Shown: one piece after another, positions 12,511-23,364 of the stretch | How positions within the stretch are numbered: the first letter of the stretch is position 1 | Layout of the letters: each line of letters opens with the position of its first letter | Source: Chlorokybus atmophyticus | Taxonomy: Eukaryota; Plantae; Mesostigma and Chlorokybus algae | Reading direction: 5' to 3' | Assembly: GCA_009103225.1 (NCBI GenBank) | Contig: RHPI01002823.1 | Location: 62,634-126,633, forward strand | DNA: 64,000 bases | The notes under the pieces: generated by a model | Seen by the model: the letters and a program-made list of their open reading frames with translations, nothing else | What the model was told of the DNA's origin: nothing | Databases searched by the model: none | Made by a program: the position numbers and the translations under genes

Positions 12511-14125
12511 ATGGCGGCGGCCGCGGCGATGAGGGCGGCGGTGTTAATGTCGGTGTGCCTGGCGCTAGCGAGCGTGGTGGCGGCGTACAAGCCGGCCTTC
12601 AGCTACGTCACCAACGTCCGGAAGGACCTGCGCCGGTGCGCCTATCCCTACTGCGGGGGCTACTTCGTCACACCAGTAAGCTGTGATGGTGTGAGATGAG
12701 AGGTGTGAAGCCCCGCCTTGTGTTTTGAGGCGGTACATTATCTGTCTGCTGGTCCTTTCGCAATAGCAGCAGCAACTGTAACCAATGGTACTGTTACACA
12801 GTGCAACACCCTATGCAATCGGTAACCATCCATCAGCCCTGTGCAGTGTGGGTGCCATCATGCTGTGATTAACGCATACCCACACAACCCTAACCCTATC
12901 CGCCAGGTGTAGGAGCTACGTGGGTATGTGCGTATACGTGCAGTGTTGGTGTTTGTTTGTGTTGTGATCCATGCCGTCCCTCTCCAGGCCAATGGCAAGT
13001 CCGAGCAGTATGTGGTGTACAACCGTTACCAGGACGGTGCCGGCGACGACGACAAGCTGCAGGACATCATCGACTCTTCAGCGCCAGGCCAGCTGGTCCT
13101 CTACGGCTACTACGCGGACCTCTGCGAGTGCGGGGGACCGCTCGTGAGATGCGCCACACCGGTGTACGAATGCAACCCGCCGTATGGGGAGCAGAAACCG
13201 ATACTGAAAGCGTTCAGAGTGGAGCAGGTGCGCGGACGCGTGGTGTGCGCGCGTGTGCGTGCGCGCGTGCAAACACATGTTAGTGAAAGTGTGTGTGAGT
13301 GTACGCGCGCCAGCGCACACACGCGCGTGCATGTGCATGTGTTGTGGGGTGCGCATGCGTGGCGCTTGCACGTTGACGTATATCATCCATGACATACCAT
13401 CCGTCCCCTGTCAGGTCTACTTGGGTCTCCCCGGGGTGTCCTCCGCCAAGGGAAACACCCTCTACAGCGTTGAACATTATACCGATCCTTCCCCTTTCCT
13501 CGCGCGCGTATTAAACTCCCTCGCTACCACCAAGCTGACGGGACTCTCCTTCGCGCCCCTGGGACCTGCCAATGGCGGCCCCGCTTTCCTCGACATCCCG
13601 TGGCTGAGAAATCGCGTGCTCGACCACGAGCCTCGCGCACTCGTGGCGGCAGTTGTTGACGACGCTAACAAGATGGCAGTACACCAGGTGAGGATGTGGT
13701 TGCTTCACCTTGCTGCATGCAGCACGTGTGTATGGATTGGAGTGTACACATGCGTGCGTGCGCGTGCGGTTATGCATGTGCGCATTGGCATTGTGCTTCT
13801 ACCGCTGCGCGTGTACACGTAGTGGTGTCACACGATACCCACACCTAGCTATTACCAGGTCTACATCGCCATCCCCGACGAGGTCGGCCCGTGCGCCCCT
13901 CCCACCGTCATCGACTGCATCTACAACTCCGTGCTTGTCTACAAGCGCACCCCCTCCCGCTGCCTCGAGGAGGTCACGTGCTTACTCGGCCCAATCGCTT
14001 GCCCGCGCTTCCTGCCCGCGTGCGACGAAGGCTACCGCCTCGCTGGCTGGCCGTCGAAGCAGAACCATGGGTGCAATGAGTATAGATGTGATCCTGAATT
14101 CGTGCCGGAGTCAAGCATTGTGTAG
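12511..14125 (+). CDS. Secreted Cys-rich protein, DUF6748-like
   Basis: Signal peptide, RKDLRRCAYPYCGGYFV motif and a C-terminal Cys-rich module (CPRFLPACDEGYRLAGWPSKQNHGCNEYRCDPEF). Four exons (about 12511-12677, 12989-13227, 13415-13688, 13859-14125) are joined by phase-0 introns. Confidence 0.75.
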
Positions 14126-14677
14126 GAGCGAGGGGGAGGTGGAAGGCGGGGGGGGATAGGTGGTGGTGGTGAGGATTGTGGTGTGAGGAAGGTTGGCGTT
14201 TTTGTAGAGTAGGTGGTGGTAGTTGGTAGGGTTTTGCAGTAGTAGTGTATAAAAACGGAAGTGAAGTGGTGTGAGAACTTACTTCTGTATCACAGGATGT
14301 GGGCACAAGCAACGATGCCGTGCACTTGGTGATGGTAATGTACGGCAGCATGTGACAATCACTCATGCCACATGCTACACATATGCCGTCTAGTAGTGCG
14401 AGAACATGGTACATGTTGCAACATTGCAATTGTCAATTGTTATAAGAATAGTAAAGGTGCAATGCTATCTGTGATGTGATAACATGTCATGATATGGTTG
14501 TGGTTGTTGCTGCTGCCTACCATTTTAACTTTACCCTTTATGCCGCCCACCTCTAGTGTGATACTTTGCATCCCATAGAGTTAAACATGCATCCATCATT
14601 TAACACTTCATGCCGTACATACTCACCATTAATGATGCCCTGTTACATACGCCGTAGTGCACACAATCGGGCTGTAT

Positions 14678-14782
14678 TACATTTTTATACATTTATACAT
14701 ATACATACATATATACATACACATATATACATATACATACATACATTTATACATATACATATACATACATTTATACATTTTT
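14678..14782. repeat. Degenerate (TACATA)n microsatellite
   Basis: Direct reading of the sequence. Confidence 0.9.
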
Positions 14783-14966
14783 ATTCGAAATAGGCTCGTT
14801 ATGTCCATTTATAATTTGACGAGTGCGAGTGACGCTTAAGCTAAAAGCTATCGTACAAGTTATTATTAACATGTAAGCAAAATGCTAATAAGTGCGGCGG
14901 GTCAACATCATTACAAGATCAAACTCATTGAAGCTATGAAATCTGCCCTTATTCAAGATACCCCCC

Positions 14967-15144
14967 NNNNNNNNNNNNNNNNNNNNNNNNNNNNNNNNNN
15001 NNNNNNNNNNNNNNNNNNNNNNNNNNNNNNNNNNNNNNNNNNNNNNNNNNNNNNNNNNNNNNNNNNNNNNNNNNNNNNNNNNNNNNNNNNNNNNNNNNNN
15101 NNNNNNNNNNNNNNNNNNNNNNNNNNNNNNNNNNNNNNNNNNNN
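14967..15144. other. Assembly gap (N run)
   Basis: N characters. Confidence 1.
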
Positions 15145-15940
15145 GTCCAGGGTTGCAGGCAGCTTGTCCCCCCCCCTCTCGATGCCCCCCTCTTATATTC
15201 TCCCCCCGCATGCGAACAATGAACAAACCTTTTGGTAGCTTTTTAAGGGGCATTATCAGAGGTAGATTTATTTGTGTATGTATGTGGTATTGATAGCTCT
15301 CTCTTGTGCACCATATGCACACAACGCACTTCTCTTGCTACACGCAGCATAATTAGATTTGATAAAGCTTACCTTGCAGTATGCATTAATGGGTATCCAC
15401 AGCTGTGCTTAAAAAGTGTGCAAGTGCTTACATATGTTGCCGAGTTGTGCATACGTATTTGTATGCATATATAAAGCTCCTCTTGGTAATGAAAACAAAT
15501 AGGAGCTTTGTAGAGCAGCTATCAGTACGGTGTACTCATAGCTGCTCTACAAAATACCATAGATGATAATTCTTGAAGTCTTGAGATTACAATTAGACAA
15601 AATAGTTTAGACCATGGAATACTAAGGCATGGCATGCATAACGGGTGTACACGGTTGCTATGTGCGTATATTTTGCCCATAATTACGTTGCACTACATAT
15701 TGGTATAGTCTTTTATGCGAAAGTGCTCCTCAACAATATGAAACAATGTAACATTGTCGCAATATGTTTTCCCTGCAGGCGGACGAATATTGGCAACGGC
15801 CGTGCGCCTGAGGACACTAATCTAGACTGTCGTGGCTTAGTCCACCTGTAATCTTGATACAGGGACCTAATAGCAACTTTCGTTACTATCAGGCCCTTTT
15901 TGTTACAATTTAGTCTTTAACAGTTAATTATGCCTAATTA

Positions 15941-16268
15941 ACAGGCGCCTGTCAGTTACCTATCAGGCCTTAACAGATGACTGCATATAATTCACAGGCA
16001 CCTGTTAGTTACACATCAGGCCTTGACAGGTGACTTTATACAATTTACAGGCACCTGTTAGTTACACATCAGGCCTTAATAGGTGACTTTGTATGATTTA
16101 CAGGCACCTGTCAGTTACACATCAGGCCTTAACATGTGACTACACCTAATTAGCAGGCACTTGCAAATTACACATCAGATTTACTTAGGTGACTCAGCCT
16201 ATGTGACAGGCGCCTGCAGGTTACACACCAGTCCAGCGCAGGCGACTAAGCCTAATTCACAAGCACCA
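15941..16268 (+). repeat. Subterminal tandem array of a 53-bp unit, six copies plus a partial
   Basis: Units of the type ACAGGCACCTGTTAGTTACACATCAGGCCTT.. start at 15941, 15994, 16047, 16100, 16153, 16206 and 16259. Confidence 0.92.
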
Positions 16269-16627
16269 ATTAGGTAATTATCGACAAAATAAGGCATTTT
16301 TTAAATACTGAAGGTGATCAATGCCTAACTGTCGTCATATGTATGGTCTTCATAGCTTGACTACACGCGACTGTCACTGACTGCCAGCATTGTTATGTGC
16401 CTGTGCTGTGTACATGTACCTAAAATGTGTATAGTATCTCTCAGTCACTTGGCAAGGCTTGTTCGATAATGTCACTCGAATGCAGTTCTGTTGTATATCA
16501 TAGGGATGCAAGTATTGATATGCATGAGCATAATGACGATTGATTGAGCTGGTTGAAGATGCACAACACTCAGTCACAAGAGCCTTGTAGCTATGTACAC
16601 TACCAGCTAAACGGACTACCAACTGCG

Positions 16628-18364
16628 CTACAGCTCCTCTCCATCATCGCTTTGCTCGTCATTACGGAACAAAGCACCACGCGCTGGGGCTTGTGGAGGA
16701 GACGCACGAGCTTGCTCTTCCTCCTCAAACGGTTGTGCCAGCCAATCAAATGCCGCTTCTGCCTCAGCGAGCGGGTCACGAGCTGCTGTCTCTTGCGGCC
16801 GGCGCCGATTGGGATCTTTCAGGTACTCGACACCAGATGCAGTGCGGCGTTTCACAAGTGTGAATGGCTAGAGGGTTGCGTACCATTGCCTCATCTCCCG
16901 CTTCATTGACATGATCATGGTGTTGATTTCGGTGAGGTACTCTTCATGTGTGTCTATGCTGGCAGCTAGGAGAGGGTCTCCATCCTTGCCCTTTATGATG
17001 CGCTCCACATGCGTAGTTTACAGGCATGTCTTAGTGGCATCGAAAGCCACTATTCACTGCAACGCGTCTGCAAGCCTGTAGCTTGGGGCTACAGCATTCC
17101 TGAATTGATAATGATGGAGTTCAGAGTGCTCACCGTAAGCAACAGGTATGCGAGGTGGTTGACTGTCAGCTGCCGGCGACCAGGTGTAGTGACGGCGTAA
17201 GACCAGCATTGCACAATCATTTGCCAGATTATGGGATTGCCCCATTCATGGATGTATCTCCTCCGCTCCGGGTCTGCAGTGTCGGTCACCTCAAATCTCC
17301 GCCATGACTTGTCTGCGACAGTCATACCGACAAGGCATTAGTCACGAAATAGATAGTTCAAGTTGAGCCTGCACCAGGCTAGAATAGTGCCTGTGACTTA
17401 CTTTGGAGCGCGTTGCGCATCTGGGCTTTTTGGGTCTCGGGGTCCATTAGAGCGTCGATGTGCCGGATTGAATCGGTTACAATAGGCGAGATGAGTACGT
17501 GTGTATGGAGGCTGAGTAAGAAGGCAGTGTTGCATAGCAGACATGGTGGTGAGGGACCCAACTCACTTGCGCTTGCTGCTGTTAAACAGTGTCCACTTGT
17601 ACACCTTCTCAAGGACATGCTTGATCTTGGTGACTGTCTCAGACCGGACCTGCGTAGCTTTCTTCAAGGCGACACTCTAGTGGAAGGGGCACTCCTTGGG
17701 AGTCCAGTACACCTCATAGAACTTGGCCGCATCAGCCTCGTCGTCATGGTTGAAGCCAACTACCTGTCACGGGCAGGTTGGTCAGTGTCACGGTGCAGTG
17801 CGGTCATGAAGCATTCCCAGCACCTGACACATGACGTTACGAATAGTTTCCTCCTTGAGATAAACGTGGCTCTCTACCCAGTGGCCGTTTATGATTTCAA
17901 CGACGGCATCTCGCAAATGCTGTCCACAGAAGAACAATCCGTTACACACATACACACAGTGTCACAGTGTCACACAGTGCTTACCTCGTTGCCAATCTTC
18001 CACTTGCTTGGGGAAGGGTTGCTGACGGCCGAGGTTGCCACGTCACGGCCAAATGCGTTTGGGTTGGGGGTTCCAATCGACCCTCTGCAAGCACAACCAC
18101 ATGAGTCATGCTGCCAGCCATGAAAGATGCAACCCTCACAGTTGCAAAAGAAGAACAACGTGCACAGTGCATCAAGAACGCATGCAGTCTAGCTTGCCCT
18201 TGCGACTGCGGTGTCAGGTGGAGTTGTTGTGATGTGCTGGGCGTTAGCGCGGGGTCTTGCTGCGATTGGTTGGCGACGGTTGCCTGGTTGAACACTGGGG
18301 GCAATGTGGACAACTGGCGCCGACCTCCACGACGAGGTGCACCTACGGATGGACCACGAGGCAT
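16628..18364 (-). pseudogene. Transposon accessory gene A (unknown function), multi-exon, with nonsense codons
   Basis: MPRGPSVGAP.., VVGFNHDDEADAAKFYEVYWTPKECPFH*SVALKK.., WGNPIIWQMIVQCWS..HLAYLLLT, ..DTHEEYL.., acidic end. TAG codons at 17677-17679 and 16868-16870 read TGG and CAG in the second copy. Confidence 0.7.
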
Positions 18365-18539
18365 CTCTCCAACTGATAGTCGGGTGCCGCCTGTTTAGCT
18401 GATAGTGGCGCTGCCGCCTCCAACGCTGCCGCCGCCGGTTGGCCCGCCCGAATGTACGAGGCGCGAAAACGAAAATGAGGCGGTTTTGAACGTCTAGAGT
18501 CCCGCACTAGAGTCGCACTTGCAGTGCGTCCTTGCTCTT

Positions 18540-18705
18540 ATGGTTGATGGTACGACTGCATGCATTTGTGCCATCCATGTTTCGTACAACCATTGGTAAC
18601 AACGGATGTGTCGTAACATTTATGGTACGACAGAGGCATCTCTCGTCCAACCTCAGCCATTGCCGTACAATGGCTCTGTCGTACCATCCATGGTACGACA
18701 GAGGC
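18540..18705. promoter_or_regulatory. GTAC-rich cluster with a 30-bp palindrome in the divergent intergenic region of the transposon
   Basis: CTCTGTCGTACCAT-CC-ATGGTACGACAGAG (18674-18703) plus further GTAC sites between genes A and B. The regulatory role is inferred. Confidence 0.45.
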
Positions 18706-18779
18706 ATTGCTCGATCAGCCCAAATGGGAGTTAGCGTGCACTCACCCAAACACGCTTCATTGATGACCGGATGATGGCA

Positions 18780-21700
18780 CGCAGGGGCACCAGGTCCATG
18801 ACGGGTCCAATGTCAGGCTTGATGGGCCTGGGTTCGACTAGGAGGCGGAGGACCAGGAGTCGTCGGCGGCGGCGGCGGCGGCGGCGGCGGCGTGGCACAT
18901 CTTGCGAGAAGTTGTGGTCGTAAGTTCAAGCAGCGAAGCCAGCTACTACCGGTCGCCACGCTATGGATCATGGCAGGCGTTAGCAATGGGGCTGTCCAAT
19001 ATGCATCACCAACATTGGACAAACCAGCAAGCCATTAAAGACCATTTTCACACAGAGAGCTGCTTGGTGGCTCGCTTTCTGCAACAAGGAGTGGATCAGG
19101 AGCTGCAGTCCTTGGAGCCCCTTGTCAGAACCATGCGGGACCAATTGCGGCTGTGGGAACAAGCACAAAGGAATGCAGAGGTACGCTCAACAGTCACATG
19201 CATTTCTTTGCAAGAGCAATTTTTTTTTTAGCGCAGTCCATGTGATATATGTAGCGTGGCTGCAGGCCTCCACTATTCACCCATACCCACCCTACAGTCA
19301 AGCCGACATTGCGCAAGCCAGAGCAGATAGACAGAGCTGGGCGGCAGTATGTTGTTGTCAATCTCGCTGTGCATGTTGACTGCATGCACCTCCAATGCAT
19401 GCCTACCTTTGCATGCTAGGATGTGCGTGAACGTGCGAAGTCGCACGCGCGTGCCGAACGAAGTAGGCTGGGATTGAGCACAGGAGCGCGTGGCCATTGT
19501 CCGGCATTCAACCAATAGTGCATCAACCAGCAATGCCGCAGGTGACTGTTTGAAGCAACCAACTGATGACGGTGTGACGCAGTTAACTATTGCAATTGCA
19601 GTGTCGCAAGCATGCAGCTAACCCACATGTGATTGGTTGACAGCACCATAGTGCACTAGGTCCTGTTGGAGCTCCTATGCAAGCCTGGATCTAATCCCAT
19701 CAACTGGTCCTTTAATCCCACTTGTTGATGGGCGCGGCGGCACTGCGGCATCGCTTTAACATGCATGCTGGCCTGTTGAATCCCGACATGTCCATTGGGG
19801 CAATGGCGCATGATGTGCCCATGGCTCACGAGCTGCGTGACGAGTCTGCGATCGAGGGTGGCGGGGAGAGTGCACCCAATACCACCTTGTCAGCCCCCAT
19901 GGCTTCCCCTGCTCCATGTAGCCCACAGGCCATTGAAGTAAGTCGCTGTCTTTTATGCTCGTGCCTTGGTAACAATGCGTCAGGCACTGCATAAGCTTAT
20001 ATTCGTCATTTGCAACATTGTGAGCCATCTTGTCCTGGGTCCTATATACAGCCCCCCTTGCTGCATGCACAAGTGGTCTCACCTGCAGCTTCTGCTCCCC
20101 TCGCAGCCAGAGCGCAACCACCTTCCGCGGCACCAATCTTTCATGCACTGCCATCTCCTCCACGAGCAGCACCGGTGATTGCGGGGCAACAATCCTTCTT
20201 GCCGCCACCGACGAGACCACAGCACAATGCAACAACCGATGTGGCTTCTACACCTACCTTACCCCACCCGCTGCAAGTAAAAGCCGGCAGTCTGCCCCAA
20301 ACTCGGGTACTTTATCAGTCACTGTGACTCTTGCCGTCCACAGTTGGACACACCATTTGAGTGCTGTATGCGCATGCAGCAGGGGTCACCACCTGCCAGC
20401 GAGTCATCAGAGGAGCTGGCCGCAACCCGCATACGGCCATCAGTCATGTTAGATGGCCAGCTCGCCTCATAGGACCACTTCAATGCGCCAACGGATGGTA
20501 ATTGCTTTTACCATTGTGTATTTCGCGCCAGGCCATCCATAGCGCAAAGTGTCCTGGATGATCACGAGTGCCCCAGCTCGAGCAGATTCTGGGCCATGCT
20601 GAACACCATGGACGACGACGGCAGGAAGGGCACACTCTCCGCAAAATCACCGCCAAGGCTGTCGATGCAGGCGTGGCGAGCAGAATCCTAAACTTCTGCA
20701 GAGCCACTGGTGCCGCGGGAGCGATGGCGCAGTATTACGATACTCTCCGCAAAATCACCGCCAAGGCTGTCGATGCAGGCGTGGCGAGCAGAATCCTAAA
20801 CTTCTGCAGAGCCACTGGTGCCGCGGGAGCGATGGCGCAGTATTACGATAAACTGCCTGCGACCATGTTGGCTGATGTCAATTGCAACATTGACCTAGCC
20901 ATGGCCAAGGTGCGACAGATCGTGCGGAGAAAAGATGTGTACGTCGAGCACCTGCAGATGACCATGTTTGCCAACAAGCTGGGCTTGTTGATTTGCTACG
21001 TGACCGTTCAGTGCGAGCATGGGGAGTGGGTGCCACGGCCCGGCAGCGCAGTTTGGGTTGGAAATAAAGAAGCCCCCAACTCAGTCCTGGTGGTGGGCAA
21101 CACTGCTCCCGATGAGCCAGAAGCACACTTTTGGCTCCTCAAGCCTGCAAGCACCGAACAGTGGTCGTGGCCTATGCATGAAGTACCACCGGAGGTAATA
21201 CACCTGATCGGAAAGTGACTGAATGGCGTTGCCAATTCCCCGCTACCACCGGCTGTGACCCAGAGTGCTGCGCCAACGCCTCAGGCCTCGCCTTCGTGTG
21301 CTAGGCAAGAAGTAGTAGCCAAGTGTTCTGCACATCCTGCCTCCCCTCAACCACAGCCACATGCTCGCAATCCCAATTCAGCACCCTCCCTTCCTGCCGC
21401 GGAGACTCACTTGCCACCGCACTCTGACCATCCGGAGGCATCTCCATCAAGAAGCAGCTGTAGCTCGCTCTCCCTTTAAGCTTGCCACATTGATCCCAGC
21501 CTGTCTTGTTGGTAAAGAAATTGATCGAGGTGTCCTGAAAGCTGCGCTGAAAGACAAAGGCTTCATGCTCGACCTCATGAAGCAACATGAGGTCGTGGAG
21601 GAACGGGAGGCAACCAACAAGCGCAAGGCTGTGGAGCAAGAAGATAACGCCTTACCTCCTCTGAGTGACAGTGCCACGGAGAGCGCCTGCCAGGATGTGC

Positions 21701-22879
21701 AGGGTGACAAAAAAAAAAAGAAGAAGGTTGTTGGAACAAAAGACGCTGACAGGACCAAAAAAGGAAAGGTGAGGCATCGTTATAACGTTAGAAGAAGCAC
21801 AGCGCCTTGAAGCCTTACTAGGGCTGACTGTGTGTCCTGAGTAGGCACAGGCGTGTTTACAGCGTTATGTGGCTGCTCAGCATCGTTCAGAGAGACAGCC
21901 GGTGCGGCACGAGCTGCCTAAGCTCAAGGCACCGACGCGCAGACGCTTTGAGGGGCTGACTCGTAGTGCAAAGGAGTTGATCACCCTACAATACGCCTAA
22001 GACGCGCTGCATCACCGCATGCGGCATGCCTCGAGGTGGGTGACGAGAGTATGCAATAAGTGGGAGCAAACGCGGAGAGTGCGGTCTAAACAGACCTCTG
22101 GGGATTGGCCGTGGTTGGAACCCATACACGATATGGCCATCCGTAATACGTTATTGCCCCTCGCCGTCCTTGATATGATGGTGTTGTTGCTGCCGCAGCA
22201 ACCCGGCAATGTGCAAGAGCTATCTGCGGAGCAGAACTTCGACCTGCTGCAGCAGATGTGCCTGTCGATGTCGACTAATGCGGGTCGAGATGTGTGCCAC
22301 TACCTGAGCAAACATACTGGTTGGCAAGTAAAACCATTCAAGCTGTACTTGGCATGCTTTGGCTAGCAGTGGCTGTATGTCATACGGCACGTCGAGCTGA
22401 TTCTACAAAAGCTCGAAGAAAATGACGATGCAGGGGAGTACACGAGTGACGACAGCCATGTCGAGGGCCTGGATGAACGCATGCTGGACGAGACCACCAA
22501 GACCAGCAGGTGGTGTATGGCGGCAGATGGGCAACAGGTGATCAAGCAGGCAATGGAGCGTTATGCTGCACCATTCAGATGGGAGCCGCTACGCCTGCAA
22601 CGCGATAACAGAGTTTGGTGGCAGAGGCAGCTTGCACACCCGCGTGCACCATGTGTGCTGATTTGTCGCGTTGAAGAGCCACCCCTCCAAGCGGATGGGG
22701 AGACGCCCTGTTGCAAAAAAGCGATGTGCCATGTCAGCATCATAGCACATCAGAAGACTATGACAAGTAAATCAAAGAATCTACAAGCGTGTCCCTTCTG
22801 CAAGCAACCTCACCCGTTTTGGTCGCCACGCCTGATGCAAGACGCCAACATGTCGGCGGTGATTTGGCCCCCGCCTTGA
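18780..22879 (+). pseudogene. Transposon gene B: OTU-like cysteine protease domain plus C-terminal degenerate RING-like finger
   Basis: PTDGNCFYHC (about 20487-20517) then, after a frameshift, ISRQ..HTLRKITAKAV..VEHLQMTMFANKLG..AHFWLL (OTU Cys and His boxes). C-terminal CVLIC..TPCCKKAMCHVSI..CPFC. In-frame TGA/TAG codons and frameshifts; the 5' start is approximate. Confidence 0.7.
20634..20849 (+). repeat. Exact in-frame 108-bp tandem duplication inside the OTU domain
   Basis: TLRKITAKAVDAGVASRILNFCRATGAAGAMAQYYD is encoded twice by identical DNA (20634-20741, 20742-20849). Confidence 0.95.
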
Positions 22880-23159
22880 TGCCAATTGTGCATGTATTGT
22901 AGTTTTGTGTTGGCTTCCTCTGAACCCTGTAGGTACTCGTATAGTTGCAGCATGGTGCATGGTGCACCAGAGAACTGCTGTTGTCAGAAGCATTGGCTGT
23001 ACATATGTATGATGACTGCCCGGCGCATGAGTCAGTGCATGGCTTGCATACCTCGCTGGTTTAGAGCGTGGTTGACAGCAACAAACTCGGACAGCGCTTT
23101 GGGTTCCATGGCATGACAGCACAGTATTACTGAACGATCGTGGTAGTATGCGAGTATCC

Positions 23160-23270
23160 TTGTACTGTAGTACCATTAACAGATGGAGTACCATTCATGT
23201 TGATGTAGTACCATTGCATGGGTTTGCAATAGCGTCCTTAGTACAGTCGTGCTTCACTTGAAGTATGACC
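23160..23270. promoter_or_regulatory. GTACCATT direct repeats upstream of transposon gene C
   Basis: Three AGTACCATT copies plus two more GTAC sites within about 110 bp. The role is inferred. Confidence 0.4.
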
Positions 23271-23364
23271 CATTTAGGGTTCGTAAGCTGGCAACCCTAA
23301 ATTGATGCCCCATACCCTAAAGTCTCGCTCAGTTTGTGGGCAGCCGTGCCGATTCCTATTTTAC

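Noticed and set aside
12886-12897. Telomere-like AACCCTAACCCT
   Set aside because: Only two units, in an intron, resembling branch-point sequence.
14882-15322. ORFs spanning N runs (also 28373-29048 and 42696-43475)
   Set aside because: Artefacts of translating gaps.
15941-16268. CRISPR array
   Set aside because: Units are similar over their whole length with no unique spacers, there are no cas genes, and the context is a eukaryotic transposon.
15760-17830. LTR pair with 61999-64000, or a retrotransposon / endogenous virus
   Set aside because: The repeat is the coding left arm of a TIR element; no reverse transcriptase, integrase, capsid or viral polymerase motifs were seen.
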